From a virus: a stretch of 46,343 nt of DNA. This document shows positions 32,284 to 39,564 of the stretch, in pieces. The notes beneath the pieces were generated by a model, which saw only the letters and a program-made list of their open reading frames with translations, searched no databases and was not told the origin of the DNA. A program made the position numbers and the translations under genes. The DNA lies in UHGV virus genome UHGV-0181016; one strand, written 5' to 3'. Position 1 is the first letter of the stretch. Each line of letters opens with the position of its first letter.

Positions 32284-32480
32284 GCCAGTGGATTAGGTGT
32301 AGTGAGCGGATGCCTGAAGATGGAGAGATGGTTCTTACATCATTTCGTGGTGTCGTTAGAACTGCGGTATGTAAAGTTGTCGATAACATTGGCAGCAAGA
32401 TATTTGTTAGTGAATTAGACCGCTGTCACGGAATTCCAGCCACCCATTTGGCTAAATCACCAGAGCCACCACAAGAATAA
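32280..32480 (+). CDS. hypothetical protein, 66 aa, DUF551-like
   Basis: ORF, the last gene before the terminator. Confidence 0.4.
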   Translation: MSQWIRCSERMPEDGEMVLTSFRGVVRTAVCKVVDNIGSKIFVSELDRCHGIPATHLAKSPEPPQE

Positions 32481-32484
32481 AATA

Positions 32485-32510
32485 AAGCCCCTTTCGGGGC
32501 TTTTTCTTTA
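32485..32510. terminator. terminator with the AAAGCCCCTTTCGGGGCTTTTT family hairpin
   Basis: Hairpin identical to the one at 28081. Bidirectional context. Confidence 0.65.
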
Positions 32511-33227
32511 TCAGGATACGGTGCAAGCCGTACTGATAATAATTTCAGGGTCAGTAGATGAATCCGTTACCGTGACGGTGTATACGCCAGCTGTGGGGCT
32601 TGCCAGTGATGCGCCAGACTCACCACCAACAACCGCGCCATCTTTGCGCCACACGTAGGTGTATGGTGCAACGCCACCTTCAACAGCAACGATTAACGGG
32701 CTGCCAGCCGTGCCAGTTGATGGCAGGTCGGTAGTGAATGCCAGAGGTTCAAGGCTTTCAACGGTAACACTGTCAGAATCATAAACCTTGAACTCAAGGC
32801 TGCCAGTCACGATGTCGTTCGTGCCACCTTCGTAGCTGATGCTGGTGATGTTGCAGTACGCGGTAACGATAGTTGCACCAGTCACCTGACGCACCCACAA
32901 GGAAGGCTGGCGACGCGCTTTCAGTTCAGTGGCGTAAATCTCAACCAGACGATGGAAGCCAAACTCATCACTTGGGTCATTTTTGCGGATTTCCACCTCT
33001 GCACTGATGGTCATATCAGAGCTGGTAACGAGAGTGGAAACAAATCCACCAGCGGTATCAGCTTCCGACGTAGTGGTCTGCGGCGAGTAGTCAACGCCTT
33101 TACTGGTGGTTGAGCCTAAATATTTCCAGTCACCTGCATCAGGGACTGCGTCACCGCACCCTTCAGCAAGGAACAGTCGGGTCATGCGACCGACAAGAAC
33201 GCCTTTATCATTTGCACAAATAGCCAT
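32511..33227 (-). CDS. major tail protein with a C-terminal Ig-like domain (lambda V-like)
   Basis: The N-terminal region resembles the major tail family. The C-terminus has Big_2-like repeats such as GSPLIVAVEGGVAPYTYVW. Confidence 0.65.
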   Translation of the reverse strand: MAICANDKGVLVGRMTRLFLAEGCGDAVPDAGDWKYLGSTTSKGVDYSPQTTTSEADTAGGFVSTLVTSSDMTISAEVEIRKNDPSDEFGFHRLVEIYATELKARRQPSLWVRQVTGATIVTAYCNITSISYEGGTNDIVTGSLEFKVYDSDSVTVESLEPLAFTTDLPSTGTAGSPLIVAVEGGVAPYTYVWRKDGAVVGGESGASLASPTAGVYTVTVTDSSTDPEIIISTACTVS

Positions 33228-33278
33228 TTCGATCTCCGAATTGTGTTAGCTGCTAACGTGGTGATTATATCACAGGTG

Positions 33279-33307
33279 TTGACAGTGATTATTTTGTGGT
33301 GTAGATT
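33279..33307 (+). promoter_or_regulatory. family promoter, TTGACA-N17-TAGATT, driving a non-coding RNA and tRNA unit
   Basis: The sequence reads caggtgTTGACAgtgattattttgtggtgTAGATT. Confidence 0.55.
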
Positions 33308-33319
33308 TGGATTTAACAG

Positions 33320-33696
33320 AGATTGGCTCCATGATTTCATTTAATTACAGCCACTCCTTCAATTAAAATTAGCGGTCGAGAGACGCCGGACGCGTAACCG
33401 GCACACAACAGGTAAGAGTATTGGCGCATATCAGTGGAACTCGAACCCATTGTGCAGGCGACACAGACGTGTGTTTCAGTGCTCTTTCCGTTGTGGTGGA
33501 TGCGTAGACTGATACGCTATAAAAATGCGGCGAATCCAGTACGTAAACTCGTGCCGTTTCGCACCTAATCCGGAGATCAGTACCGGCCACACAACACTTA
33601 ATATCCAGCATTATCGCAATCATATGTAGGGGTATGTATGGGTTACGGCGCTGGATGTTAAGAAAGCACGCTGGCAATGCTTAAACCAGCACTTAT
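33320..33696 (+). ncRNA. structured non-coding leader upstream of tRNA-Met. It has multiple hairpins and direct repeats.
   Basis: There is no plausible ORF. Hairpins include GCCGGacgcgtaaCCGGC, ACACAgacgTGTGT, GTGCcgtttcGCAC and CCAGC...GCTGG. The repeat CCGGC(C)ACACAACA occurs twice. Confidence 0.3.
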
Positions 33697-33773
33697 GGAC
33701 GCGTAGCTTAAGTGGTTAAAGCAACCGACTCATAATCGGCTGATTGAAGGTTCAAATCCGTCCGCGTCCACCA
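33697..33773 (+). tRNA. tRNA-Met (anticodon CAT) with an encoded CCA. There is one mismatch in the anticodon stem and one in the T stem.
   Basis: Manual cloverleaf gives acceptor GGACGCG/CGCGTCC, D-arm GCTT-AAGTGGTTA-AAGC, anticodon loop CTCATAA and T-loop TTCAAAT. A downstream terminator hairpin follows. Confidence 0.55.
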
Positions 33774-33775
33774 TA

Positions 33776-33805
33776 TTAAAAGCCGCATGAAGCGGCTTTA
33801 TTTAT
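33776..33805. terminator. terminator
   Basis: Hairpin AAAGCCGC-atga-AGCGGCTTT is followed by ATTTATTT. Confidence 0.55.
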
Positions 33806-34176
33806 TTCACAACCCGCAAAAGCAACTCATGCGCAGGTCTTTTCTCTTCCGTTAACATCGGCCTACCGAGCGGCGCTTGCAACTGGATGTAGTTAACGCA
33901 TGAATCAATCGGATGTGTCTTGATGTATTCGATAATCTCATTGGCTTTAGAATCAACGTCCTGAACATTGTACTGGCCTTGCTTCCCAACAACGTACAGC
34001 GAGAAATAGAAATCACCACCGAGTCCATCCATAACCTGCGTGCCGCCATTGGATTGCAGAACAATAAATTGCTCGTTGCCATCTCCGGTGTCACTCCAGA
34101 ACTGCAACTGCGAAGTCCAGCCATTATACAATCCGGCATCCTGAAGATATGCATCAACCAGCTCAAGCATATTCAT
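33802..34176 (-). CDS. tail terminator / tail completion protein (gpU/DUF3168-like position)
   Basis: Size and order only. It lies immediately upstream of the major tail gene. Confidence 0.4.
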   Translation of the reverse strand: MNMLELVDAYLQDAGLYNGWTSQLQFWSDTGDGNEQFIVLQSNGGTQVMDGLGGDFYFSLYVVGKQGQYNVQDVDSKANEIIEYIKTHPIDSCVNYIQLQAPLGRPMLTEEKRPAHELLLRVVK

Positions 34177-34574
34177 TAGAGTGTCATCTCCTTCTTAATC
34201 ACGCTATCTACAAGGTCTTTTGTGCGCTGTGCCGCCTTGGTAAGAAATTGCGGTTCAGCATTCGGCGACCAGTACGTACCATTGCCGTTGCTGCGCGGCT
34301 TCCCTGCAAGTTTGCCACTGGCGTTATGGACGTACAGCGCATATTTCGCAGAGTAGCCAACCTTACCAGTGATTCGCGTTCCGCTAACTTCCACGGTATC
34401 AAACTGACTGTTAATCAGCGTCGATGTATCAATCGGCGTCAACGTGGCTGATTCGGTGCGGATGATGTATGTCGCCGATTTCAGAGCACGCACAGCTTTC
34501 GTGGCGATTATCTCATCCACAATCTGCGATGTTCTCTCTACGGCCTGGCGGATGCCTCTTAATTTCGCTGGCAT
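34176..34574 (-). CDS. HK97 gp10-like tail-component protein
   Basis: Size and synteny only. Confidence 0.4.
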   Translation of the reverse strand: MPAKLRGIRQAVERTSQIVDEIIATKAVRALKSATYIIRTESATLTPIDTSTLINSQFDTVEVSGTRITGKVGYSAKYALYVHNASGKLAGKPRSNGNGTYWSPNAEPQFLTKAAQRTKDLVDSVIKKEMTL

Positions 34575-34915
34575 TATGTCACCAGTGCAAAATCAGGTGG
34601 CTCACTTCTTTGGAAAGTGTTGCCATAATTAATCACATTCAGAATCTGGTTTGCACCAGCCGCCAGCGGGTCAGATTCTGTCACCGTGCCAATCATGATG
34701 TAATCACCAACCTTCGCGCCAGTGTATTCTGTCCAGAAGGTATTCTTCTGCACAATCTCATTGCCTTTCGCATCGGTCGATACATCATCGTTAAAGCCAT
34801 AATCGCACATGATGCTTACTGGTGCGTCAAAAGTTGGCTTGCCGTACTTGTCCGTGCCGCTTTTGTGCCAGATGGTGCATGGTTGCGTATAGGAAAACCG
34901 AGCCAGCGAGGTCAT
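34574..34915 (-). CDS. head-tail adaptor / head closure protein
   Basis: Size and synteny only. Confidence 0.4.
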   Translation of the reverse strand: MTSLARFSYTQPCTIWHKSGTDKYGKPTFDAPVSIMCDYGFNDDVSTDAKGNEIVQKNTFWTEYTGAKVGDYIMIGTVTESDPLAAGANQILNVINYGNTFQRSEPPDFALVT

Positions 34916-35304
34916 TTACACTTACTCCCACGCACAACAGCAAACCACGGCTTACCGCTTCCGTCAGGGTCTTCCACCAGATCGCCAGTGCATCCTGCTG
35001 TGTCCAGTAGTTTCATCTGATTGTACAGCGCCACCCACGGCTTGCTGCCATACGCGAATGATTGTGATGCGCCAGATGGTGCGCTCTGGCTGGTGACGTA
35101 GCGCCCGGCGGTATTTGCGCTAATCAGGATTGAAGCCCACAGCATAATCGCATTTTGTCGGCATTCATCATTTGGATAGTTCAGTTCAAGGCATTCACTG
35201 ATTGATGCCACAAGGCACAGAATGCCAGACGCATCCGTCGTGGTGATGGTCATCCCGCGCGATGCCATCTGGCTTACTAATTCTTCAGGTGTTGGTGCTG
35301 CCAT
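34912..35304 (-). CDS. head-tail connector (gp6-like) protein
   Basis: Size and synteny only. The start at M13 is inferred. Confidence 0.4.
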   Translation of the reverse strand: MAAPTPEELVSQMASRGMTITTTDASGILCLVASISECLELNYPNDECRQNAIMLWASILISANTAGRYVTSQSAPSGASQSFAYGSKPWVALYNQMKLLDTAGCTGDLVEDPDGSGKPWFAVVRGSKCK

Positions 35305-35569
35305 TTTTCTTCGACTCCCGTACCTTCCACCACATTTCAAACAGGTTCTTTATTACCAGAGACAGAGCGCCAAGAATTGACGCTACTGCCGCCCACTCTG
35401 TCAGGCTATGTGGAATCATAGCCTCAAAATAAGATTGCGCGACAGGCGTTTGCTCTGCAACTTTCAGGCCGATGCCAGTGCCAATAGAAGCATATCCAGC
35501 CTTATCAATCACCTGCCCTGCCGTTCCGCTTATGATCTGCTCTGCGGCCTGCCTTAATGCTCCGTTCAT
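35285..35569 (-). CDS. membrane protein, 94 aa, with a C-terminal TM
   Basis: It carries the hydrophobic helix AAVASILGALSLVI. Confidence 0.4.
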   Translation of the reverse strand: MNGALRQAAEQIISGTAGQVIDKAGYASIGTGIGLKVAEQTPVAQSYFEAMIPHSLTEWAAVASILGALSLVIKNLFEMWWKVRESKKNGSTNT

Positions 35570-35601
35570 TGTGCGTCTCGCTGATGATATGTTTCCAGCA
35601 C

Positions 35602-36042
35602 TTATAGATTTGAATCAGCGAAAAAACGATGGCGACCACGCCAAGAATAATGTCCAATTTCGCCGCCCCATTTAAAAGTGATGGAAAGGATGAACAGATG
35701 GATGCCGATAATAATAAATGCGTACTGCGCATGAAGCGGCGTTTCTACAGGCGTGATAAATTCCCATACGAATGACTCTATCGCCACCAGCCATTCGTAA
35801 AGGCTCATCGTCAGCACGCAGAGCGCCATCTTTGTACTTTTACGCAGCGCAATAGCTGGAAACAACCAGACCATAGACTGCGCAAGGTAATACAGATATT
35901 CGGCGGGAAATGAATCAACAAGCACCCATCCAAGATACACAGACATCACCATTGCCGGAACGAACACCAGAAACGCAACCATGCCAGTGCAGGCGAAACC
36001 CAGCACATACATGATCATGATGGCAACATCTGCGCCGAACAT
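35602..36042 (-). CDS. polytopic membrane protein, about 4 TM
   Basis: It has four hydrophobic helices. Confidence 0.4.
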   Translation of the reverse strand: MFGADVAIMIMYVLGFACTGMVAFLVFVPAMVMSVYLGWVLVDSFPAEYLYYLAQSMVWLFPAIALRKSTKMALCVLTMSLYEWLVAIESFVWEFITPVETPLHAQYAFIIIGIHLFILSITFKWGGEIGHYSWRGRHRFFADSNL

Positions 36043-36044
36043 TA

Positions 36045-36164
36045 TTTCTTACCGCGTGATGGTGAGCGAGTGGAACCGTTTGGCTTCACTGCGCCAGTTT
36101 TGCCGCCAGTTTTGATATTTCCAGTAGCGCGTGAACGAGAAGGCGAATTGGTGGAACCCATGTT
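36045..36164 (-). CDS. small, highly basic, disordered protein of 39 aa
   Basis: The translation is MGSTNSPSRSRATGNIKTGGKTGAVKPNGSTRSPSRGKK. AGGAG lies 8 nt upstream. Confidence 0.4.
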
Positions 36165-36191
36165 TAAATCTCCTGTTGTTTGATTAGCATG

Positions 36192-36200
36192 ATTTTAGCA
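36192..36200 (-). promoter_or_regulatory. extended -10 promoter on the minus strand, TGCTAAAAT, for the connector and tail operon
   Basis: TGnTAAAAT lies about 30 nt upstream of the ATG at 36164. Confidence 0.4.
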
Positions 36201-36208
36201 TATTCCTG

Positions 36209-36237
36209 TTGACGTAGATTGGTGGCGCGTTTATAGT
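36209..36237 (+). promoter_or_regulatory. family promoter, TTGACG-N17-TATAGT, driving the ParB / Dam / clamp island
   Basis: The sequence reads cctgTTGACGTAGATTGgtggcgcgttTATAGT. Confidence 0.55.
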
Positions 36238-36278
36238 TAGTGACGTAGAAACAACAATAAATGTTAGAGGTAATGAAG

Positions 36279-36755
36279 ATGAGTGAATCATGGTCAGTTC
36301 CATTTCCAGATGCTAAAACAGAGTTCAACGGCATGCCTGTTTACTGGAGGTATTTTGAAACAGTCGAAAGTGACGGTATCAAAATAATTTCTCAGCAGTT
36401 CATTGCTTTTCACCAGACGGCTTACTATGCATGGATAGCTCCAGCCCACTGGTTCAAAATATACAATCATGAACGTGATATTCCTCGCTGGCTTGCGGAG
36501 TGGAAAGATAAGAAAAATAGATATGCAATCAAGAAAATTGCTAAGTCAGCAGAACGATCTTATGCGTTTAAATCTCAGCAACTAGCGCTTGAAAGCTTGT
36601 TGCGTAGAAAGAAATATCACTTGATGAGATTAAAACAGGATATAGCCGTAATCACAACTGTTGTTGATGAATTGAAAAAAATAGACATATCAAAACCTGT
36701 TATTAGCTACAACCTCGGTCACAACTCGGAAACAGAAAATTGGATTTTTGATTAA
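36279..36755 (+). CDS. hypothetical protein, 158 aa, Trp/Tyr-rich with a basic C-terminus
   Basis: GAGGT lies 8 nt upstream of the ATG at 36279. Confidence 0.45.
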   Translation: MSESWSVPFPDAKTEFNGMPVYWRYFETVESDGIKIISQQFIAFHQTAYYAWIAPAHWFKIYNHERDIPRWLAEWKDKKNRYAIKKIAKSAERSYAFKSQQLALESLLRRKKYHLMRLKQDIAVITTVVDELKKIDISKPVISYNLGHNSETENWIFD

Positions 36756-36766
36756 TAGGATAAACA

Positions 36767-37576
36767 ATGAAAACCCTAAGCAAAATCTATTCAGACAAAG
36801 AAACGCGTAACGGCATCGTTGTTAACAAAACCTATCTCGTTCCAGTGGAGCAAATCTATCTGGAGCCGGGATATAACATCCGTGAAGCAGATGAACAACA
36901 CGTTGAATATTTCGCTCAGTGCTGGGAATCAGGTCAGCCATTACCAGCATTAACAGTTATCCCAGACGAGAAGGGAATCCGCATTCTTGATGGTCAGCAC
37001 CGCTATCTCGGCGCATTGCGTGCCATTGAGCGTGGTGCGCCAATCGTTCGCATTGAGTGTAAGGATTTCACTGGCGACGAGGCTGATAAAATTGCCTTCA
37101 TGGTGTCATCAAGTCAGGGTAAGCAGCTTGACCCGTTTGAACGTGCAAAGGCTTACACGCGACTGAAAGGCTTTGGCTGGACGAATGAAGAAATCGCAAA
37201 AAAGGTAGGTCGCTCAGTATCTGACGTGCAAATGCATCTCTCGCTGGGTGACGTGCCAGATGAAGTAAAAGCGCGCATCAGTGCAGGACAAATCAGCTAT
37301 GCAAATGCCGTAGCAGTAACGCGTGAGCATGGAGATGATGCGGTTAAAGTTATCGATGAGGCAGTAGAGGAAGCAAAGGCGCAAGGTAAGGATAAGGTCA
37401 CAGCAAAGGTGCTGAAGTCGAAAAAGATTAAGCCAGTTGACCGCCTGATTGAGTTATTGAAGCCAGCGGACCATGTGATTCTACCTGCCGGTCATGTGGT
37501 GGCAGAGGATGAGGAGTTTATCCAGATTCCTGTTGCTGATATTCACGAGGTTATAGCAATTCTGGAGAAGATGTGA
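36767..37576 (+). CDS. ParB-like protein (ParB/Srx N-terminal domain plus HTH)
   Basis: ILDGQHRYLGAL is the ParB-box GxxR-type motif. An HTH WTNEEIAKKVGRSVSDV follows. Confidence 0.75.
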   Translation: MKTLSKIYSDKETRNGIVVNKTYLVPVEQIYLEPGYNIREADEQHVEYFAQCWESGQPLPALTVIPDEKGIRILDGQHRYLGALRAIERGAPIVRIECKDFTGDEADKIAFMVSSSQGKQLDPFERAKAYTRLKGFGWTNEEIAKKVGRSVSDVQMHLSLGDVPDEVKARISAGQISYANAVAVTREHGDDAVKVIDEAVEEAKAQGKDKVTAKVLKSKKIKPVDRLIELLKPADHVILPAGHVVAEDEEFIQIPVADIHEVIAILEKM

Positions 37577-38304
37577 TGATCATAAATGAAGATGTGAAAC
37601 TAATTCATGGTGATTGCCTTGAAGTTATGAAGTCTATTCCCGATGGTAGCATTGATTTGATTTTGTGTGACCTTCCCTATGGCACCACGGCCTGCAAATG
37701 GGACAGCATTATTCCGCTCGATAAGCTGTGGGGCGAGTATCTGCGAGTTGCGAAGTGCAATGCGGCGATCTTGCTCACTGCGCAGGCACCTTTTGACAAG
37801 GTGTTATGGGCCTCGATGCCGCGCCTGTTCCGCTACGAGTGGATCTGGGAGAAGACGCACCCGACAGGGCATCTGAACGCAAAGAAAATGCCGATGAAGG
37901 CGCATGAAAATGTGCTGGTTTTCTACCGCAAGCTGCCGACGTACAACCCGAAGATGACCATCGGGCATAAACGGAAGACGGCTACCAAGAGGGAGGATAT
38001 GACGCCGGTGTACGGCAAACAGTGTTTTTCACCCCTGGAGTATGATTCTACCGATCGGTATCCCAGGAGCGTCCAGCTGTTTGCGAGCGACAAGCAGCGC
38101 TGCGCTCTTCACCCTACGCAAAAGCCGGTCGCGTTGATGGAATACATGGTTGAAACCTATTCCAATGATGGCGACCTAGTTCTGGATAACTGCATGGGCA
38201 GCGGCACTACAGGCGTGGCCTGCATGAACACAGGGCGCAGGTTTATAGGAATCGAAAAAGATGAAGAGTATTTTGAAATAGCAAAAAAAAGGATTTTAGG
38301 GTGA
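37573..38304 (+). CDS. dam: DNA N6-adenine methyltransferase (Dam-like)
   Basis: The catalytic DPPY motif is ILCDLPYGT. SAM-binding motifs IGIEKDEEYF and MGSGTTGVA lie at the C-terminus. An ATGATG overlap joins it to the ParB gene. Confidence 0.8.
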   Translation: MMIINEDVKLIHGDCLEVMKSIPDGSIDLILCDLPYGTTACKWDSIIPLDKLWGEYLRVAKCNAAILLTAQAPFDKVLWASMPRLFRYEWIWEKTHPTGHLNAKKMPMKAHENVLVFYRKLPTYNPKMTIGHKRKTATKREDMTPVYGKQCFSPLEYDSTDRYPRSVQLFASDKQRCALHPTQKPVALMEYMVETYSNDGDLVLDNCMGSGTTGVACMNTGRRFIGIEKDEEYFEIAKKRILG

Positions 38305-38474
38305 GCGCTGAGCAATTTATCGAAAAGCAACTTCGTGCCAAGTTGCCTGACATTAACCAGATGGCAATTGATGCGGCGATTCAGTATTACAAGCGCAATC
38401 AGAGCGCAAAGAAGGGTGGCATTTTCGAGGAATGCCTGAAAGTTGCAAAACAGCACATGATTAAGGTGAAGTGA
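38301..38474 (+). CDS. hypothetical protein, 57 aa, GTG start
   Basis: ORF coupled by a TGATG overlap to the downstream gene. Confidence 0.35.
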   Translation: MSAEQFIEKQLRAKLPDINQMAIDAAIQYYKRNQSAKKGGIFEECLKVAKQHMIKVK

Positions 38475-39013
38475 TGAAACTAAAAATCAGCAAATTATTA
38501 CTTGAGTCAGCGTTAATATTTCAGGCTCGAAATGATGTGCGATATTACCTGAACGGCATCTGCTTCATGCCAGATGGTCGCATTGCATCAACTGATGGTC
38601 GTCGCGCATTCATTGGAGGCAGCCATGACAATAAGCTGACAGAAAACGTGATTATCAAGATTGGCAAGTCACCAACAAAACGCTATGACTACGCCATCAT
38701 TGATACTAAGTCGAAAATTGCAACGTATCATGATGAAGCTGGCGTGATGGTTGGCGCTGGTATCTGCGAAGAGATTGATGGTAGATTCCCTGATATTGAC
38801 AGCGCGATACCAAAGGAAACTAAAGCAGTAGAGGAAATTGGCTTCAATGCTGGCTATCTTGTGGATGTCGAGAAAGCTGCGAAGCTATTTAATCCTAAGT
38901 TCTGTGGTGTTAAATTTGAGCTGAATGGAAATACAAATGCCGCAGTTTGCTGCCTGAAGTCGCCATCTGGAGAGACTGCGAAGATTGTTGTTATGCCGAT
39001 GAGGATTGATTGA
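38474..39013 (+). CDS. truncated beta-sliding-clamp (DnaN) homologue of about 180 aa. It matches DnaN domain II plus the C-terminal partner-binding tail.
   Basis: By-eye alignment to E. coli DnaN, recalled from memory. [28 protein letters not shown] matches [46 protein letters not shown] matches [26 protein letters not shown] matches [21 protein letters not shown] matches AYVVMPMRL. Confidence 0.65.
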   Translation: [179 protein letters not shown]

Positions 39014-39294
39014 TGAGTGCAGAGATGAAGCCATGCAGGCTTTGCGGAGTTAAGCAAAGCGGCGTCGATGAACATAATAATGAATACGAAAAGTTGGTAA
39101 GTCTTATTCTTCGCTCCGGAGATGAAAGGGAGTTACTTGAATTAATTGATATAATGAGGAGTAAGATAATAACATCTGTAACAACATCGGTTGGTAGCAG
39201 CAAGCTGGCATATGAAGACCGCGAACTTTATCATGTTCAAGTCATGTATGACGCAATATCTTTACTGCGTGAAAAGCTAATTTCCAGACAGTAA
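39010..39294 (+). CDS. hypothetical protein, 94 aa, with an N-terminal CxxC
   Basis: ORF, the last gene of the island before the terminator. Confidence 0.4.
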   Translation: MMSAEMKPCRLCGVKQSGVDEHNNEYEKLVSLILRSGDERELLELIDIMRSKIITSVTTSVGSSKLAYEDRELYHVQVMYDAISLLREKLISRQ

Positions 39295-39297
39295 ACC

Positions 39298-39326
39298 AAA
39301 GCCCCTTCACGGGGCTTTTATTTTTA
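39298..39326 (+). terminator. terminator with the family hairpin AAAGCCCCttcacGGGGCTTT
   Basis: Hairpin followed by TATTTTT. Confidence 0.6.
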
Positions 39327-39521
39327 CTCTGCTTTCTTTTTCTTTGTCGTCTTTTCTTGCGGAGTTGCGACTTCGAAAGACTTTTCCAGTTCTGGCATGA
39401 TGCGCAGCTTTGGCAGCAGATGCTCAGCTGGCTCGGTAATCACCTCGCCAAGCTGCAATTCACGAATCTTGCCTTTCTCTTTAACAAAGATTCCGCGAGC
39501 GATAACTTCGTATTTAGCCAT
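39324..39521 (-). CDS. hypothetical protein of 65 aa following the capsid gene
   Basis: ORF. Confidence 0.4.
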   Translation of the reverse strand: MAKYEVIARGIFVKEKGKIRELQLGEVITEPAEHLLPKLRIMPELEKSFEVATPQEKTTKKKKAE

Positions 39522-39540
39522 TATTCACCTCAAGTTCATA

Positions 39541-39564
39541 AAGGGGCTTTCGCCCCTTTTTTTA
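39541..39564 (+). terminator. second, plus-oriented terminator in tandem
   Basis: Hairpin GGGGCtttcGCCCC is followed by TTTTTTTATT. It sits just downstream of the capsid gene stop. Confidence 0.55.

Noticed and set aside
33412-33506. Second canonical tRNA gene on the minus strand
   Set aside because: The acceptor stem, T-arm-like hairpin and encoded CCA are present. No acceptable D-arm or anticodon arm can be drawn. I kept it only as a tRNA-like element.
33369-33677. 102-aa minus-strand ORF spanning the structured RNA leader
   Set aside because: It has no RBS and a Cys/Arg-rich low-complexity translation. It overlaps hairpins and repeats and lies antisense to the promoter-driven RNA. This is most likely a chance ORF in non-coding sequence.
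37667-37876. 69-aa Arg/Cys-rich ORF in an alternative frame inside the Dam gene
   Set aside because: It overlaps a well-supported methyltransferase frame. It is a compositional artefact.
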